A DNA stretch of 64,000 bases. It comes from Longimicrobiales bacterium (lineage in GTDB: Bacteria > Gemmatimonadota > Gemmatimonadetes > Longimicrobiales > Gaopeijiaceae). Under the pieces are notes generated by a model. That model was not told the origin of the DNA, did no database searches, and saw nothing but the letters and a program-made list of their open reading frames with translations. A program made the position numbers and the translations under genes. Of this stretch, positions 27,224 through 38,189 are shown in pieces; positions within the stretch are counted from its first letter, which is position 1; each line of letters starts with the position of its first letter. The DNA is taken from positions 1,984,001-2,048,000 of the forward strand of contig OZ220732.1 of the NCBI GenBank assembly GCA_965116905.1, in the 5' to 3' direction.

Positions 27224-30127
27224 GTGGGACGCCGTGCCCTGACCAGGCTTGCCCTGGCGGGCTGCTTTCTGGCCGGCTCCGCGGCGTACGCCCCGGCATC
27301 GGCGCAGGAGCTCTCGGATTCGCTCCGCCAGGTTGTCCAGGAGCGCCTGGAAGCGCTTACCCGGCGCGTGGGCGACTCGACCGGCCTCGCTCCGCCCGAC
27401 ACGACCCAGGAGAGAAGCACCCTGGCGGAGATGGCGCAGGATTCGACGGTGAGGGAACTGCTGTCGCTGCCGGGCTACGAACTGGTTCAGTACCGCAGCG
27501 AATCCGCCACCTTCGAGACGGAGTCGCGGTTGCTGACCCTGTTGGGCTCGGAGGGCACGAGCGCGGTCATCAACCGGGAGGGACTCGAACTGTCGGCCGA
27601 TTCGGCGCTGGTCTTCAACGAGAACACGGGGCGGCTGGTGACGAGGGGCCAGGAGGCGACCTACCGGCCCGAGGAGGGCGACGAGGTGCAGACCCGCCGC
27701 ATCGTCTTCGATCTCGACGAGAACCGGGCCACCGCCCTCGACGCCAGGACCCAGATGAACGCCGGGATGGGAAACTGGATGGTCCGGGGCGATTTCCCCT
27801 GGGTCAACGAGGACGTGTCCTATGGCCACGACATCATGTTCACCAGCTGCGAGGAGGACGAGCCCCACTACCACTTCGTCGCGCGCCACATCAAGATCCA
27901 CCCGGGAGGAACGCTGGTGGCGCGAAACGTCCTGCTCTACTTCTCGGACGTGGGGGTCTTCTGGCTCCCCTTCATTGCGCAAAGCACGCAACAGGGACGC
28001 CGTTCTGGGCTTCTGCCGGTCCGCTTCTCGGTGAACGACATCGTGCGCACCTCGGGAAGCTATGCCCGCCGCATCTCCAACCTGGGCTTCTACTGGGCGA
28101 TGAGCGACTACTCCGACGCTGAGCTGGGCATGGACTGGTGGAGCGGCAACTACATGGCCATGACGGGTCGCATCCAGTACAGCTGGCTGCGTCAGTTCCT
28201 GGAGGGCAGGGCCAACTTCCGCCGCTTCTGGCGCGTCGAGGGCGGAACCGAGCTGGCGTTCGACACCGACCACAACTGGGAGATATCCGAACGGATGCAA
28301 CTGAGGCTGTCCGCCGCGTACGCTTCCAGCTCGGCCTTCGTGCGTCGGAACTCCTTCGACCCGCGTGAAGTCACCCAATCCATCGATTCCGACGGCGGGC
28401 TGAACCGGCGATTCGACTGGGGCAACCTCTCGGTGAGCGCGAACCGCAGGCAATTCCTGTCCGACGACCGGGTGGAGGCGACGATGCCGACGGCCAACCT
28501 CTCGCTGTCGACGATCACGCTCCTTCCGGCCCCCTTCAACCGTGCGCGCTTCTACAACAACATGACCCTGTCGGCGTCCGGCCGGTTCTCGCGCACCATT
28601 CGCGACCTGCCGGTGCAGGATCTGTCCGAGGGTCCGTTCGAACTGGGGAAGGCGGACAGCGAGGCATTGCGCGGCGGCCTTTCCGCTACGCTGTCGGCCG
28701 GTGCGCTTTCGATCGCCCAGAACTTCGAGGTGAACCGGAATACCCGGCGTGACCTGCCCGTGAACTTCTTCGACTCCACCACGCCGGCCGCGCGCGCCGG
28801 CATCGGTAGCGTGGGCGATCTGCAGCGGTCGATCGTCTTCTCCCAGGCCGCGGAGACGATGAACCTCAACTCCGACGATCGGACCTGGTCGACAAGCATC
28901 AACTACCAGGTGAATCTGATCGGCTCCACCTCGATCACGCCCCAGCTGGCGCTCTCGGGCAACGCCATCCGGTCCGACACCAGCACGGTGGGGGCCGGCG
29001 GGTTCATTTCGGCGCCGAGCCGCCTGTCCTTCGGAGCCCAGCTCAAGACGGATTTCTACGGGTTCTACAACGATGATCGCCTGCGCCACAAGGTGTCCCC
29101 GACCTTCGACTACGCGTACTCGCCGGAAACGCAGCCGACCGACATTCAGCGAGCGACCTTCGGGACACGGGCGATTCAGCCGAGGAACGAAATCCGCATC
29201 GGATTGACACAGACCATCGAGGCCAAGGTGGGGGACGAGGAGTCGGACACCACCGCGGCCGGCGAGCCGGAGCCCGAGTCCACGGACGGGGGTCCCCGCC
29301 GGCTGCCACAGGCGCAAAAGGTGACGGTGCTGGCGCTGCGCACGAGCGCGGTCACCTACGACTTCGAACAGGCCGGACAACTTGGCCACTTCACGCGCGG
29401 TTTTGCCGACAACCTGCGGATTTCCCATCAGATCAGTTCGGACTACCTGAGGGGACTGTCGGTCTCGATGGAGCACGGAGTGTTCGACAATACGGGAGTC
29501 AACCCGGAGGGCGGGGCACTCGGCTTCGACCCGTTCCTGTCGAACGTCAACATGTCGTTCTCGCTCAGCAACGAGTCGGCCCTCTTCCGCTGGATCCGCC
29601 GCCTGTCCGGCGAGGAAGCCGAGGACACGCCTCCGCCTGCGGAAACGGAGGAAGAGGAGACGGACCTGACCGACCCCAGCGGCTTCGAGACCGCGGATCT
29701 CGGTGAGTCCACCGTCGTGCCGACCGGCGGCCGCGACCGCGACCGTGAACGGCAGAGCGCCCCGACCGGCGAAGTGGGCAAGTGGAATGCGTCGTTCTCG
29801 TATTCGCTCGCGCGCAGTCCGGGGATGCAGGTGGGCGGCAATCAGATGATCCAGGCCAATCTCAGCTTTCAGCCGACCGAGAAGTGGTCGGTGAACTGGC
29901 GGACTTCGTACGATGTCGCCGGGGGCATCTTCAACGATCACGTGATCAGCCTGAAGCGCGACCTGCACCGGTGGGAGGCCGATTTCTCCTTCCAGCAGAC
30001 GGCCACGGGGAACTGGAGCTTCGTCTTCGAGGTGGCGCTTTCGGACAACCGCGACCTCCATTTCGACTACGAGCAGCGCGCTGGAGGCACCCAGGGCCCC
30101 GGACGCGGGCCCGGCCGAGGCTTCTAG
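27224..30127 (+). CDS. LptD-like outer membrane LPS-assembly protein
   Basis: FTSCEEDEPHYHF, OstA-like N-terminus, long beta-barrel, RDLHRWE near the C-terminus. Confidence 0.75.
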   Translation: MGRRALTRLALAGCFLAGSAAYAPASAQELSDSLRQVVQERLEALTRRVGDSTGLAPPDTTQERSTLAEMAQDSTVRELLSLPGYELVQYRSESATFETESRLLTLLGSEGTSAVINREGLELSADSALVFNENTGRLVTRGQEATYRPEEGDEVQTRRIVFDLDENRATALDARTQMNAGMGNWMVRGDFPWVNEDVSYGHDIMFTSCEEDEPHYHFVARHIKIHPGGTLVARNVLLYFSDVGVFWLPFIAQSTQQGRRSGLLPVRFSVNDIVRTSGSYARRISNLGFYWAMSDYSDAELGMDWWSGNYMAMTGRIQYSWLRQFLEGRANFRRFWRVEGGTELAFDTDHNWEISERMQLRLSAAYASSSAFVRRNSFDPREVTQSIDSDGGLNRRFDWGNLSVSANRRQFLSDDRVEATMPTANLSLSTITLLPAPFNRARFYNNMTLSASGRFSRTIRDLPVQDLSEGPFELGKADSEALRGGLSATLSAGALSIAQNFEVNRNTRRDLPVNFFDSTTPAARAGIGSVGDLQRSIVFSQAAETMNLNSDDRTWSTSINYQVNLIGSTSITPQLALSGNAIRSDTSTVGAGGFISAPSRLSFGAQLKTDFYGFYNDDRLRHKVSPTFDYAYSPETQPTDIQRATFGTRAIQPRNEIRIGLTQTIEAKVGDEESDTTAAGEPEPESTDGGPRRLPQAQKVTVLALRTSAVTYDFEQAGQLGHFTRGFADNLRISHQISSDYLRGLSVSMEHGVFDNTGVNPEGGALGFDPFLSNVNMSFSLSNESALFRWIRRLSGEEAEDTPPPAETEEEETDLTDPSGFETADLGESTVVPTGGRDRDRERQSAPTGEVGKWNASFSYSLARSPGMQVGGNQMIQANLSFQPTEKWSVNWRTSYDVAGGIFNDHVISLKRDLHRWEADFSFQQTATGNWSFVFEVALSDNRDLHFDYEQRAGGTQGPGRGPGRGF

Positions 30128-30384
30128 GCTTCCGGCCGGCGGAGGTTGCCGGCGTCCCGGATTTGCTGGGGGACCGGCGCGAGATCCCGGCCGAAGCTCC
30201 TCTGTCCCTCACGCGGGTGACGCACCGTCACCAACAGTGGACACCCACCTGTGGGGGCTGGCGCCGTAAGTCGTTGTTGAGAAAAACCATGCGGTTGTGG
30301 TACGTCGGATGCATGTGTGAGCGGCAGGGCTGCGGCCGCGCGGTGGGGCCGGGCCCGTTCATGGAACGATACGAGGGGGGGAGC

Positions 30385-31518
30385 ATGCGAGCCTTGAAGT
30401 GGGGTATGACCGTGGCGGTGGTCCTGGCCGCCGGATGCGACGATGACTATTGGCTGGTGGCGGATCCGCCGGATGCGCCTCGAGACCTCGAGGGCTACTA
30501 CTACGCCCTCGCCGTCGATCTCTCGTGGCGCCTCGGAGGGGGGTGGGACGGCGAGGCCTTCCGCGTCTACGGCAAGCGGGTGAGCGATCCGGACTACTTC
30601 TTCATTGCCGAAGTGACGAGTTGCACGGATGGTCTCTGCGTCTACCGCGACATCAACGTCCGGTCCGAGGTCACATACGAGTACTATGTGTCCGCGGTCA
30701 GTCCCCACACGGGGGAGGAGACGGCGAGCGACTACTCGGTCGAGGTATACGTTCCCAGGCCGGTTCCTCCGCCGGTGCCGGATCCGGTGGAGGCCGTTGC
30801 GCTCGACAACTCGGCGTACGTGCGCTGGGATGATGGCGCTTCGGCGGATGACGACTTTGCCTTTTACCGCGTCTACGTGGCGGCCGACGACAGCGAATAC
30901 CTGGTGGGCGAGACGGATTCGCCGGGGTTTCTCGACTTCCTGGCCGAGAATGGACGAACGGCGTCCTACTTCGTAACGTCGGTCGACGACCAGGGCCATG
31001 AGAGCGAGGCGAGCGAGATTGCGTCGTGCACACCGAGACCCGACTACACCGGCGAGGTCATGTACTCCTACGAGGACATCGCTGCCAGTGCGGGCTTCCG
31101 CTTTCAGGAAGCCGACGACCTGCAGGCGGTGATGTCAGGGGACAGTCCGCACCGGCATTTCCGGCTCGAATCCGATCGCGAGGGCCTGTGGCTGGTGCCC
31201 GGACCGGAGGGTCGGGTGCACCCCGAGGCTCACTGGACGACGGCTCTCAAGTGCGGGGTCGGGTCCGACCTGGATTGCGTGTCGTGGGAGCGCGCGCCGA
31301 TGTCGGGGTATTCGGCGAGGCGGATCGCCCTGGACGCGGGGTTCACATACATGTTCCGGGTCCGTGGCGACGACGGCGATACCCGGTTCGGGTCCGTGCG
31401 GGCCAGCCACGTTGGCCTGGATCAGGACGGACATCGCCTGATCGTATTCGATTGGGCGTACCAGACCCAGGTCGGCAACCCGAGCCTCTCGACCGCGGGG
31501 GGCACGCAGGGCTGGTAG
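30385..31518 (+). CDS. Lipoprotein with fibronectin type III-like domains
   Basis: LAAGC lipobox; two FN3-like units (FRVYGK...YEYYVSAV; YRVYVA...YFVTSVDDQGHES). Confidence 0.7.
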   Translation: MRALKWGMTVAVVLAAGCDDDYWLVADPPDAPRDLEGYYYALAVDLSWRLGGGWDGEAFRVYGKRVSDPDYFFIAEVTSCTDGLCVYRDINVRSEVTYEYYVSAVSPHTGEETASDYSVEVYVPRPVPPPVPDPVEAVALDNSAYVRWDDGASADDDFAFYRVYVAADDSEYLVGETDSPGFLDFLAENGRTASYFVTSVDDQGHESEASEIASCTPRPDYTGEVMYSYEDIAASAGFRFQEADDLQAVMSGDSPHRHFRLESDREGLWLVPGPEGRVHPEAHWTTALKCGVGSDLDCVSWERAPMSGYSARRIALDAGFTYMFRVRGDDGDTRFGSVRASHVGLDQDGHRLIVFDWAYQTQVGNPSLSTAGGTQGW

Positions 31519-31525
31519 GGACTTG

Positions 31526-32497
31526 ATGGAGGTCGTGGAGGCGGTTCCGAACTTCAGCGAGGGCCGTGATCCGGAGTTCGTCGGCGCGGCTGCCGCCGCC
31601 TTCGCGGACGCGGGATGCGAGGTCCTCCACACCACCATGGACCCGGATCACCACCGCTCGGTGGTCACGGCGATCGGGTCGCCCGCCTCGGTCGAGGAGG
31701 GTGCGGTGGCGGCGGCCGCACTGGCGCTCGAGCGCATCGACCTGCGCCGGCACCGGGGCGTCCACCCCCGCGTCGGGGCGCTGGACGTGCTTCCTTTCGT
31801 GCCCCTGCACGGAATCGGCATGGCGGGTGCGGCGAAGCTGGCCCACCGGGCCGCCGCCCGGATCGCCCGGCTGGGGATTCCCGTCTACCTGTACGGCGCG
31901 GCCTCGAAGCCTGAAGGGCGCGGCCTGGCGTCCATTCGGCGCGGCGGCTTCGAGGCCCTGACCGCGCGACCGCGGCCCGGTCGCACGGCAGCCGACCTGT
32001 CCGGACGGAGCGATGGCCGCCCGGCTGCCTCCGGCACGGCGACGCAGGCACACCGGTTTGCCCACCCCACCGCGGGCGCCACCTGTGTCGGCGCGCGGGA
32101 GGTCCTGCTTGCCTGGAACGTGGACATCGAGGGTGTGGCCCCGGCGGCGGCCCGCGGCATCGCGGCGGGCATACGCGAGGCGGGCGGAGGCTTCGCGGGT
32201 CTGCGAGCCCTCGCGCTGCTGCTGCACGCCCAGAACCGGCTGCAGATCAGCATGAACCTGGAGGACCCGGCGGCGACCGATCCGCTGGACGTATTCCGCA
32301 CGATCGAGGGCCGGGTTCGAGACCTCGGCGGACACGTCACCGGCACCGAGGTCATCGGGATGCTCCCCGATCAGGTTCCACCCGAGGCCGCACGCCGCAT
32401 GCGAGTCCGCGACTGGTCGGAGGAACGGATGCTGGGCCGGCGCGTGCGGGCCTACCTGGCGGCGCGGTCGGCGCTGGACGGCGGGCCGATGACCTGA
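31526..32497 (+). CDS. ftcD: Glutamate formiminotransferase
   Basis: EAVPNFSEGR, DPDHHRSV, HRGVHPRVGALDVLPF, QISMNL. Confidence 0.92.
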   Translation: MEVVEAVPNFSEGRDPEFVGAAAAAFADAGCEVLHTTMDPDHHRSVVTAIGSPASVEEGAVAAAALALERIDLRRHRGVHPRVGALDVLPFVPLHGIGMAGAAKLAHRAAARIARLGIPVYLYGAASKPEGRGLASIRRGGFEALTARPRPGRTAADLSGRSDGRPAASGTATQAHRFAHPTAGATCVGAREVLLAWNVDIEGVAPAAARGIAAGIREAGGGFAGLRALALLLHAQNRLQISMNLEDPAATDPLDVFRTIEGRVRDLGGHVTGTEVIGMLPDQVPPEAARRMRVRDWSEERMLGRRVRAYLAARSALDGGPMT

Positions 32498-32676
32498 AGT
32501 CGTCGCGCCGGCTGGATCGCGTGCGTTGGCGCTCCGCACGGCTTGCCATGCTCCAGGACCCGACGCCGGCCATGCTCCAGGACCCGACGGTGGCCATGCG
32601 ATTCAACGCCGGTGTCGCTACCTTTTGTCTGCGAGAGCGTCCTTCCTGCACCTGCCACTGACCTGCGCTATCGGCC

Positions 32677-33660
32677 TTGCCCAAAACAACAACAGGACTT
32701 GCCGCGATCCAGGCCCCGGTGAAGGAGCGGCTGGAGAGGGTCTTTGACGAGTTGCGGACCGTCGCCGTTTCCGATTTCGACATGGTCGAGGAGGTCAACC
32801 AATACCTCCTCAGCGTCCCCGGAAAGCTGTTTCGTCCCACGCTCGTGCTCCTGTCCAGCGAGGTCGGCGACAAGCCCTCCGACGACTCCGTGACGCTGGG
32901 CGCGGTAGTGGAGCTTGTGCACATGGCGACGCTTGTGCACGACGACGCGGTCGACCACTCCGTGCTGCGGCGTGGAATGCCCACGGTGAATTCGCTGTGG
33001 ACGCACCAGATCGCCATCATCATGGGCGACTACCTGTACAGCCGGGCGGTGACCGAGCTGGCGCGGCTCGGCAACCTCGAAGCGGTCCGGGTGCTGGCGT
33101 CGGCGGCGAACGAGATGAGTGTCGGCGAGATGCGGCAGCTCCTCTGCTACGACGACATCAGCTACTCGGAGTCGGAGTACTTCAAGCTGATCTCGGCGAA
33201 GACCGCATCGCTGATGTCCGCAGCCTGCGAGATGGGCGCACTGGCGGGCGTTCCGGCCTATCGGGCCCCGCTCAAGCGGTTCGGGCACTGCCTGGGCATG
33301 GCCTTCCAGATCGCGGACGACATGCTCGACTATGCGGGCAGCCAGGAGGAGACCGGGAAACCGACCGGATTGGACCTGCGGGGCCGCAAGGTGACCCTGC
33401 CGCTGGTGGGGGCTCTCCGGGAGATGACGGCCGCGGAGGTCGAGCAGGTTCAGCACATGTTCACGCAGATCGAGCCGGGCGACGAGGACGTGGCTGCGAC
33501 CATCGGCCTGGTGCGCAGCAACGGAGGGCTGGAATACGCCCGCAACAAGGCACGGGAGTACGCGGATTCGGCCCAGGCCGCGATCGCTCCGCTACCGTCC
33601 GGACCCGCGTTGGACGCCCTCAGGGAATCCGTCTTCTACGCTGTCGAGCGGTCGCGGTGA
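32677..33660 (+). CDS. Polyprenyl diphosphate synthase
   Basis: GKLFRP, HDDAVD...RRG, KTA, AFQIADDMLD. Confidence 0.96.
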   Translation: MPKTTTGLAAIQAPVKERLERVFDELRTVAVSDFDMVEEVNQYLLSVPGKLFRPTLVLLSSEVGDKPSDDSVTLGAVVELVHMATLVHDDAVDHSVLRRGMPTVNSLWTHQIAIIMGDYLYSRAVTELARLGNLEAVRVLASAANEMSVGEMRQLLCYDDISYSESEYFKLISAKTASLMSAACEMGALAGVPAYRAPLKRFGHCLGMAFQIADDMLDYAGSQEETGKPTGLDLRGRKVTLPLVGALREMTAAEVEQVQHMFTQIEPGDEDVAATIGLVRSNGGLEYARNKAREYADSAQAAIAPLPSGPALDALRESVFYAVERSR

Positions 33661-33700
33661 CCCGGATGACGGCGGTGACGGCCGTGGAGCCCCGCTAGCG

Positions 33701-33976
33701 ATGGAGCCCAACTACAAGCGCAGCATCACGCGGGGTTTCTGGACTCTGGCCCTGGGCATGTTCCTCGGGGGACTTCTCACCCTGCTGGCCGAGACGTTTC
33801 TGCCGGAAAGCGCGGCTCGCGCATTCCTCACGGGATCGGTGGAGGCTTCCGTGGGCCCGTTTTCGGCAAACCTGTTGGCGGTGGCCGTCACCATCGGGCC
33901 GATCTCGTTCTTCCTGAACGTGTTGACGATAGTGGGAATCGCGATCGTGGCCCTGGTGATCCGCTGGTGGATGTAG
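33701..33976 (+). CDS. Small membrane protein (DUF4321-like)
   Basis: 91 aa, hydrophobic termini, position between prenyl synthase and tatA. Confidence 0.55.
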   Translation: MEPNYKRSITRGFWTLALGMFLGGLLTLLAETFLPESAARAFLTGSVEASVGPFSANLLAVAVTIGPISFFLNVLTIVGIAIVALVIRWWM

Positions 33977-34108
33977 GCTTTTCCGGAGCCGGGTGCCACG
34001 AGCTTTGGCGCGGGGCGGGAAAACCGTTAGGTTGTCGTTCCAACGACTGACGGACCGAAACCGGGGAGTGCCCCCGCGCTGGGTCTCGGACACAAGGAGA
34101 TAGCGGAT

Positions 34109-34363
34109 ATGCCTTTCGGACTCGGCATGGGTGAGGCGATCGTCATCTTCCTGGTCGTTCTGCTGTTGTTCGGAGCGAAGCGGCTTCCGGAAATCGGGAC
34201 CTCCCTGGGCAAGGGGATCCGCGAATTCAAGTCCTCGGTGCGGGAGATCGAGTCATCGGTTCGCGTCGAGGGCGAACTGAAGGCGCCTCAGGAGGATGCG
34301 ACAACCACCCGGGTCGCAGAAGGTCAGGAAGAGGGCGCGCCGCGCCGGCTCACGACCAACTGA
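34109..34363 (+). CDS. tatA: Twin-arginine translocase TatA
   Basis: LLLFGAKRLPEIGTSLGKGIREFK; aaggag RBS. Confidence 0.96.
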   Translation: MPFGLGMGEAIVIFLVVLLLFGAKRLPEIGTSLGKGIREFKSSVREIESSVRVEGELKAPQEDATTTRVAEGQEEGAPRRLTTN

Positions 34364-34455
34364 CCGCGACAGGCGGGACCCGCTGCTGCACTGCTGCACG
34401 GGCGGCCACCGCCCTCACGAAGCGACCACCTTTTGGCGGCCCCCTTTTTGCCGCG

Positions 34456-36309
34456 CTAGAACACCGGCGGCAGCTGTGACAGCGGCTGGTCCTCCGGCGG
34501 GTTGAGCACCTGCTCCCGGCGGTCGACGATATCGGCTGATTCGCGCAGCGCGTCGATCCACTGATTGAGCCGTTGCTGTCGCAGCAACGCGACCGTCTGC
34601 GCCCGCTGAGCATCGAGCTGGTCCAGCCAGGCAACGCTGTCCGCCGGCTCGGATCCCGTCCGTTCGATCACGTAGGCGTTCGTGTTGGCGGTAACGGCAT
34701 CGGACACCTCTCCGATCTCGAGACCGAAGGCCGTGCCCACCGCCGCGTTGTGACGGCCGAGGCCCGACACGAATTCGTTGCGTGCGAAGGGTCCCGCGTC
34801 GCGCAGTTCCAGTCCGATCTCCCGCGCGGCTTCCTCCAGTGAACGACCCTGCCTGACCTCCTCGACCAGCGCCTGGGCCTCCTCCAGGGCGACATCGACC
34901 TTCTTGCGCGTGCCGATGTTGCCCCGTATTGCCGTCTCCGCCTCTTCCTCCGTGAGGTAGCGCGCGGGATCGATTGAAACGAGCTCGATGGCGTAGAAGG
35001 ATGTCCGGTTCTCGAAGACCGGGCTGACGTCGCCGACCGATGTCTCCTCGGGATCGAAGACCCATTCGCCGCCTTCCTCCACATCACCCGCCCCAGGGAT
35101 GATCGGGCGCGTCTCGATGAGGTCGAGCGTGTCGGCCTCGAGCCCGAGAAGTGCCGCGGCGTCCGCCAGAGCCATCGACTCACCGAGTTCCTCGAGCGAG
35201 TCGGCCATCGCGAGCATGTTGATCTCGGATTCGTCCGTGCGCTCGAAGGGGAGCAGGATGTGGCGGGCCGCCGCGGAATCCTGTCCCCACCGCTCGGTTA
35301 CCTCGATGAGGTGGACCCCGAAGCTGGTCCGGACGGGCTCGGTGACCCGGTTGAGACGTGCCGCAAACACCGCCGAATCGAAGGCCGCCGCCATGCGTCC
35401 CCTGGGAAAGACCCCCAGGCTGCCTCCATCCGCGGCGGAAACGGCGTCGGAAGACTCGGTCTGGGCCAGTTCCGCGAAATCGGCGCCGTCCAGAATCTCC
35501 TGTCGCAGTTCCATTGCCCGGCTCTCCACTGCCAGCGTGTCCTCCGAAGTCGGCGCCTTGGTGAAGGCGACCGAAACGACGCCGGCGCTGGCGGGCACGG
35601 AAAACTCCTCCCGGTTGTCGCGGTAGTATTCGCTGATCTCGCGCGGCGTGATCTCGATCTGGTCGTCGGACACGCGCGAGAGCGCTTCAAAGGCGACGTA
35701 GCGGACGCTGGCCCTCTCGTTGCCATCCCTGTACTCGGCCCACAACTCGGCGTCGGACACGTAGATCCCCGATGCCACCTGCCGCAACAGCTTGCCCCTC
35801 GGGATGACGTCGCGATAGTAGGCCTCCAGCTGCAACAGCACCACGCTTTCGGCCGTCGAGAGGAATTGCTGGTACTTCGTGATATCGAACTCGCCGTCCG
35901 TCAGGAAGACCGGGCTGGACACCATGTCGGGCGGCGGGCTGAAGCGGGCGGCGTTCAACACCTCTTCGTCCGATACGACGATCCCCCTCCGCTCCAGTTC
36001 CTGCTGGATGAGGATCGTGTTGACGACTTCGTCCCACGCCTGATCCTCGATTCGCGTGTTCTGGACGCTCGTGATGGGCTCTTCCTGCATGGCCTGGGCC
36101 TGGTCGTACAGGTTGCGGTACGAAGCCATGTACTGCTCGTATACGACGGGCGTCCCGTTCACGCGTCCGATCTCGCCGAACGATCCGGCGGTCTGCCCCG
36201 TGATGTCCATGCCCCACTCGAAGAACATGAGGCCCCCGAAGGCGAGTGCCACGAGGATCATGATCCACTTTGTGCTCTTGCGAAGTTCCTGCATCATGAC
36301 GGAAGCCAC
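34456..36309 (-). CDS. PpiD/SurA-like periplasmic chaperone/PPIase
   Basis: N-terminal TM, SurA_N region, parvulin motifs GADFAELA, GGSLG, FGVHLI. Confidence 0.9.
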   Translation of the reverse strand: MASVMMQELRKSTKWIMILVALAFGGLMFFEWGMDITGQTAGSFGEIGRVNGTPVVYEQYMASYRNLYDQAQAMQEEPITSVQNTRIEDQAWDEVVNTILIQQELERRGIVVSDEEVLNAARFSPPPDMVSSPVFLTDGEFDITKYQQFLSTAESVVLLQLEAYYRDVIPRGKLLRQVASGIYVSDAELWAEYRDGNERASVRYVAFEALSRVSDDQIEITPREISEYYRDNREEFSVPASAGVVSVAFTKAPTSEDTLAVESRAMELRQEILDGADFAELAQTESSDAVSAADGGSLGVFPRGRMAAAFDSAVFAARLNRVTEPVRTSFGVHLIEVTERWGQDSAAARHILLPFERTDESEINMLAMADSLEELGESMALADAAALLGLEADTLDLIETRPIIPGAGDVEEGGEWVFDPEETSVGDVSPVFENRTSFYAIELVSIDPARYLTEEEAETAIRGNIGTRKKVDVALEEAQALVEEVRQGRSLEEAAREIGLELRDAGPFARNEFVSGLGRHNAAVGTAFGLEIGEVSDAVTANTNAYVIERTGSEPADSVAWLDQLDAQRAQTVALLRQQRLNQWIDALRESADIVDRREQVLNPPEDQPLSQLPPVF

Positions 36310-36486
36310 CTCCTTGATCGGCCCGAACGGGTCGAAACGCCCGGCCGCAATGGTGCAACCGGGCGCTCAGTTCCCCACGGAGAAGCTAACGCAGTGGCGC
36401 CCATGGCAGAAACCCCGGCGCGCTCGGGGCGCGGGCATCCGCTTGCGCGGGCGCGCTGGCGGGCCCATGGGCCGGACGCCGGCGCG

Positions 36487-36516
36487 TTGACACTTTCGGC
36501 GGGGGAAACATATTTT
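36487..36516 (+). promoter_or_regulatory. Sigma70-like promoter candidate for the aroQ-efp-accBC operon
   Basis: TTGACA-18 bp-TATTTT in the divergent intergenic gap. Confidence 0.45.
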
Positions 36517-36581
36517 TCGGCCCGGACTGCCGGACGCGAGGTCCGTGACCGAAACGCAGATGCCGCCGGAAAGGACCGACC

Positions 36582-37028
36582 GTGAGAATCGCCGTAGTCC
36601 ACGGCCCCAACCTGAACCTGCTCGGAACGAGAGAGCCCGAGGTCTACGGCACGGCGACCCTGGACGATATCGACCGGGAACTCGCCGCTCTGGCCGAAGC
36701 GCTGGGCACCGAGGTCGAGACATTCCAGTCGAACAGCGAGGGGAAGATCCTCGATTTCCTCGCCGATGTCCGCGAGCGCGCCGACGGGGTGGTCATCAAT
36801 CCGGCGGGGCTCGGACACACCTCGGTCGCCCTGCTCGATGGACTGCTCGGCATTGCCCGGCCCTTCGTCGAGGTGCACCTGAGCAACCCGGCGAGCCGAG
36901 AGGCGTTTCGGAGGCACTCCATGATCACGCCGGCGGCGGTGGGGATAGTCGCCGGTTTCGGGGTCGACAGCTATCTTTCGGGGCTGCGTTGCCTGCACAA
37001 CCACCTGCTGCGGCAGCGACACGAGTGA
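36582..37028 (+). CDS. aroQ: Type II 3-dehydroquinate dehydratase
   Basis: HGPNLNLLGTREPEVYG, FQSNSEG, EVHLSN. Confidence 0.97.
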   Translation: MRIAVVHGPNLNLLGTREPEVYGTATLDDIDRELAALAEALGTEVETFQSNSEGKILDFLADVRERADGVVINPAGLGHTSVALLDGLLGIARPFVEVHLSNPASREAFRRHSMITPAAVGIVAGFGVDSYLSGLRCLHNHLLRQRHE

Positions 37029-37115
37029 TTCCCGGCGGACCGCGGGCAGTCCCCGGCGGGCCGCAACCGTAGACGGGGAATCAGCCCCACGAAATCAGGA
37101 GAATGCAAGAACGGC

Positions 37116-37679
37116 ATGGCAAGCACCGCTGACTTCCGCAACGGAATGGTGCTGGATATCGACGGCGCGCTCTGGACGATCACGTACTTCCAGCACGTGA
37201 AGCCCGGGAAGGGCGGCGCCTTCGTGCGCACGAAGCTCAAGAACGTCCTTTCCGGCGCCGTGGTGGACAAGACCTACCGGGCGGGTGAGAGGGTCAACAG
37301 CGTCAGGCTGGAACGACGTCCGGTCAACTACTCGTATACCGACGGCGACCTGTACCATTTCATGGACCAGGAGACCTACGACATGATCCCCATCGGCGGG
37401 GACATGCTCGGCGACCAGCTGAAGTACCTGAAGGAGAACATGGAATGCGAGGGGCTGGTTCACGACGGCAACGTGATTTCGGTCGAGTTGCCCGCGTTCG
37501 TCGAGCTGGCGGTCACGGATACCGATCCGGGGCACAAGGGCGATACCGCCCAGGGCGCGACCAAGCCCGCGACCCTCGAGACCGGTGCGGTCGTGCACGT
37601 CCCGCTCTTTGTCGACGTGGGTGACGTACTGAGGATCGACCGGCGGGAAGACAAGTACCTTACCCGGGTGAGCGGATGA
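37116..37679 (+). CDS. efp: Elongation factor P
   Basis: HVKPGKGGAFVR, KGDTAQG, LETG. Confidence 0.98.
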   Translation: MASTADFRNGMVLDIDGALWTITYFQHVKPGKGGAFVRTKLKNVLSGAVVDKTYRAGERVNSVRLERRPVNYSYTDGDLYHFMDQETYDMIPIGGDMLGDQLKYLKENMECEGLVHDGNVISVELPAFVELAVTDTDPGHKGDTAQGATKPATLETGAVVHVPLFVDVGDVLRIDRREDKYLTRVSG

Positions 37680-38170
37680 TAGATATCGAGTTCGTGCAGG
37701 CCCTGATCCGGATGCTCGACGAATCGTCGCTGGACAACCTCGAACTGAGGCGCGGAGGCACGCGGATCCGGTTGTCGAAGTCGCCCGGCGGCACGGCTGT
37801 CGTTGCGGAGGCTGCGCCGGCCCGCCAGCCCTCGGACCCTCCTTCGACTGCGCCTGCGACGCCCCCGCCCGCGCCTGCGGCCGGAGCGGCGGCCCCCTCG
37901 CCGCCCGGTGCCGACGCGGGGTCGACCCACCTGGTGGACATCACGTCGCCGATGGTGGGCACCTTCTACAGGGCCCCGTCCCCCGAGGCCGATCCGTACG
38001 TCGAGGTCGGGGGCACGGTCGCCGCCGGCGACGTACTGTGCGTGATCGAGGCGATGAAGCTGATGAACGAACTCGAGTGCGAGGTCGCCGGCCGAATCGT
38101 GGAGATCTGCGTCGAGAACGCCGAGCCCGTCGACTTCGGACAGGTTCTGTTCCGCGTGGATCCCGCCTGA
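37676..38170 (+). CDS. accB: Biotin carboxyl carrier protein
   Basis: [15 protein letters not shown]. Confidence 0.97.
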   Translation: MIDIEFVQALIRMLDESSLDNLELRRGGTRIRLSKSPGGTAVVAEAAPARQPSDPPSTAPATPPPAPAAGAAAPSPPGADAGSTHLVDITSPMVGTFYRAPSPEADPYVEVGGTVAAGDVLCVIEAMKLMNELECEVAGRIVEICVENAEPVDFGQVLFRVDPA

Positions 38171-38189
38171 CCCGGTACACCGCGCGGGC

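Noticed and set aside
26927..30061. Very long antisense or alternate-frame ORFs (also 7171-9111, 43142-45319, 44673-46760, 56326-58590)
   Set aside because: Shadow ORFs from high-GC codon bias opposite well-supported genes; no motifs
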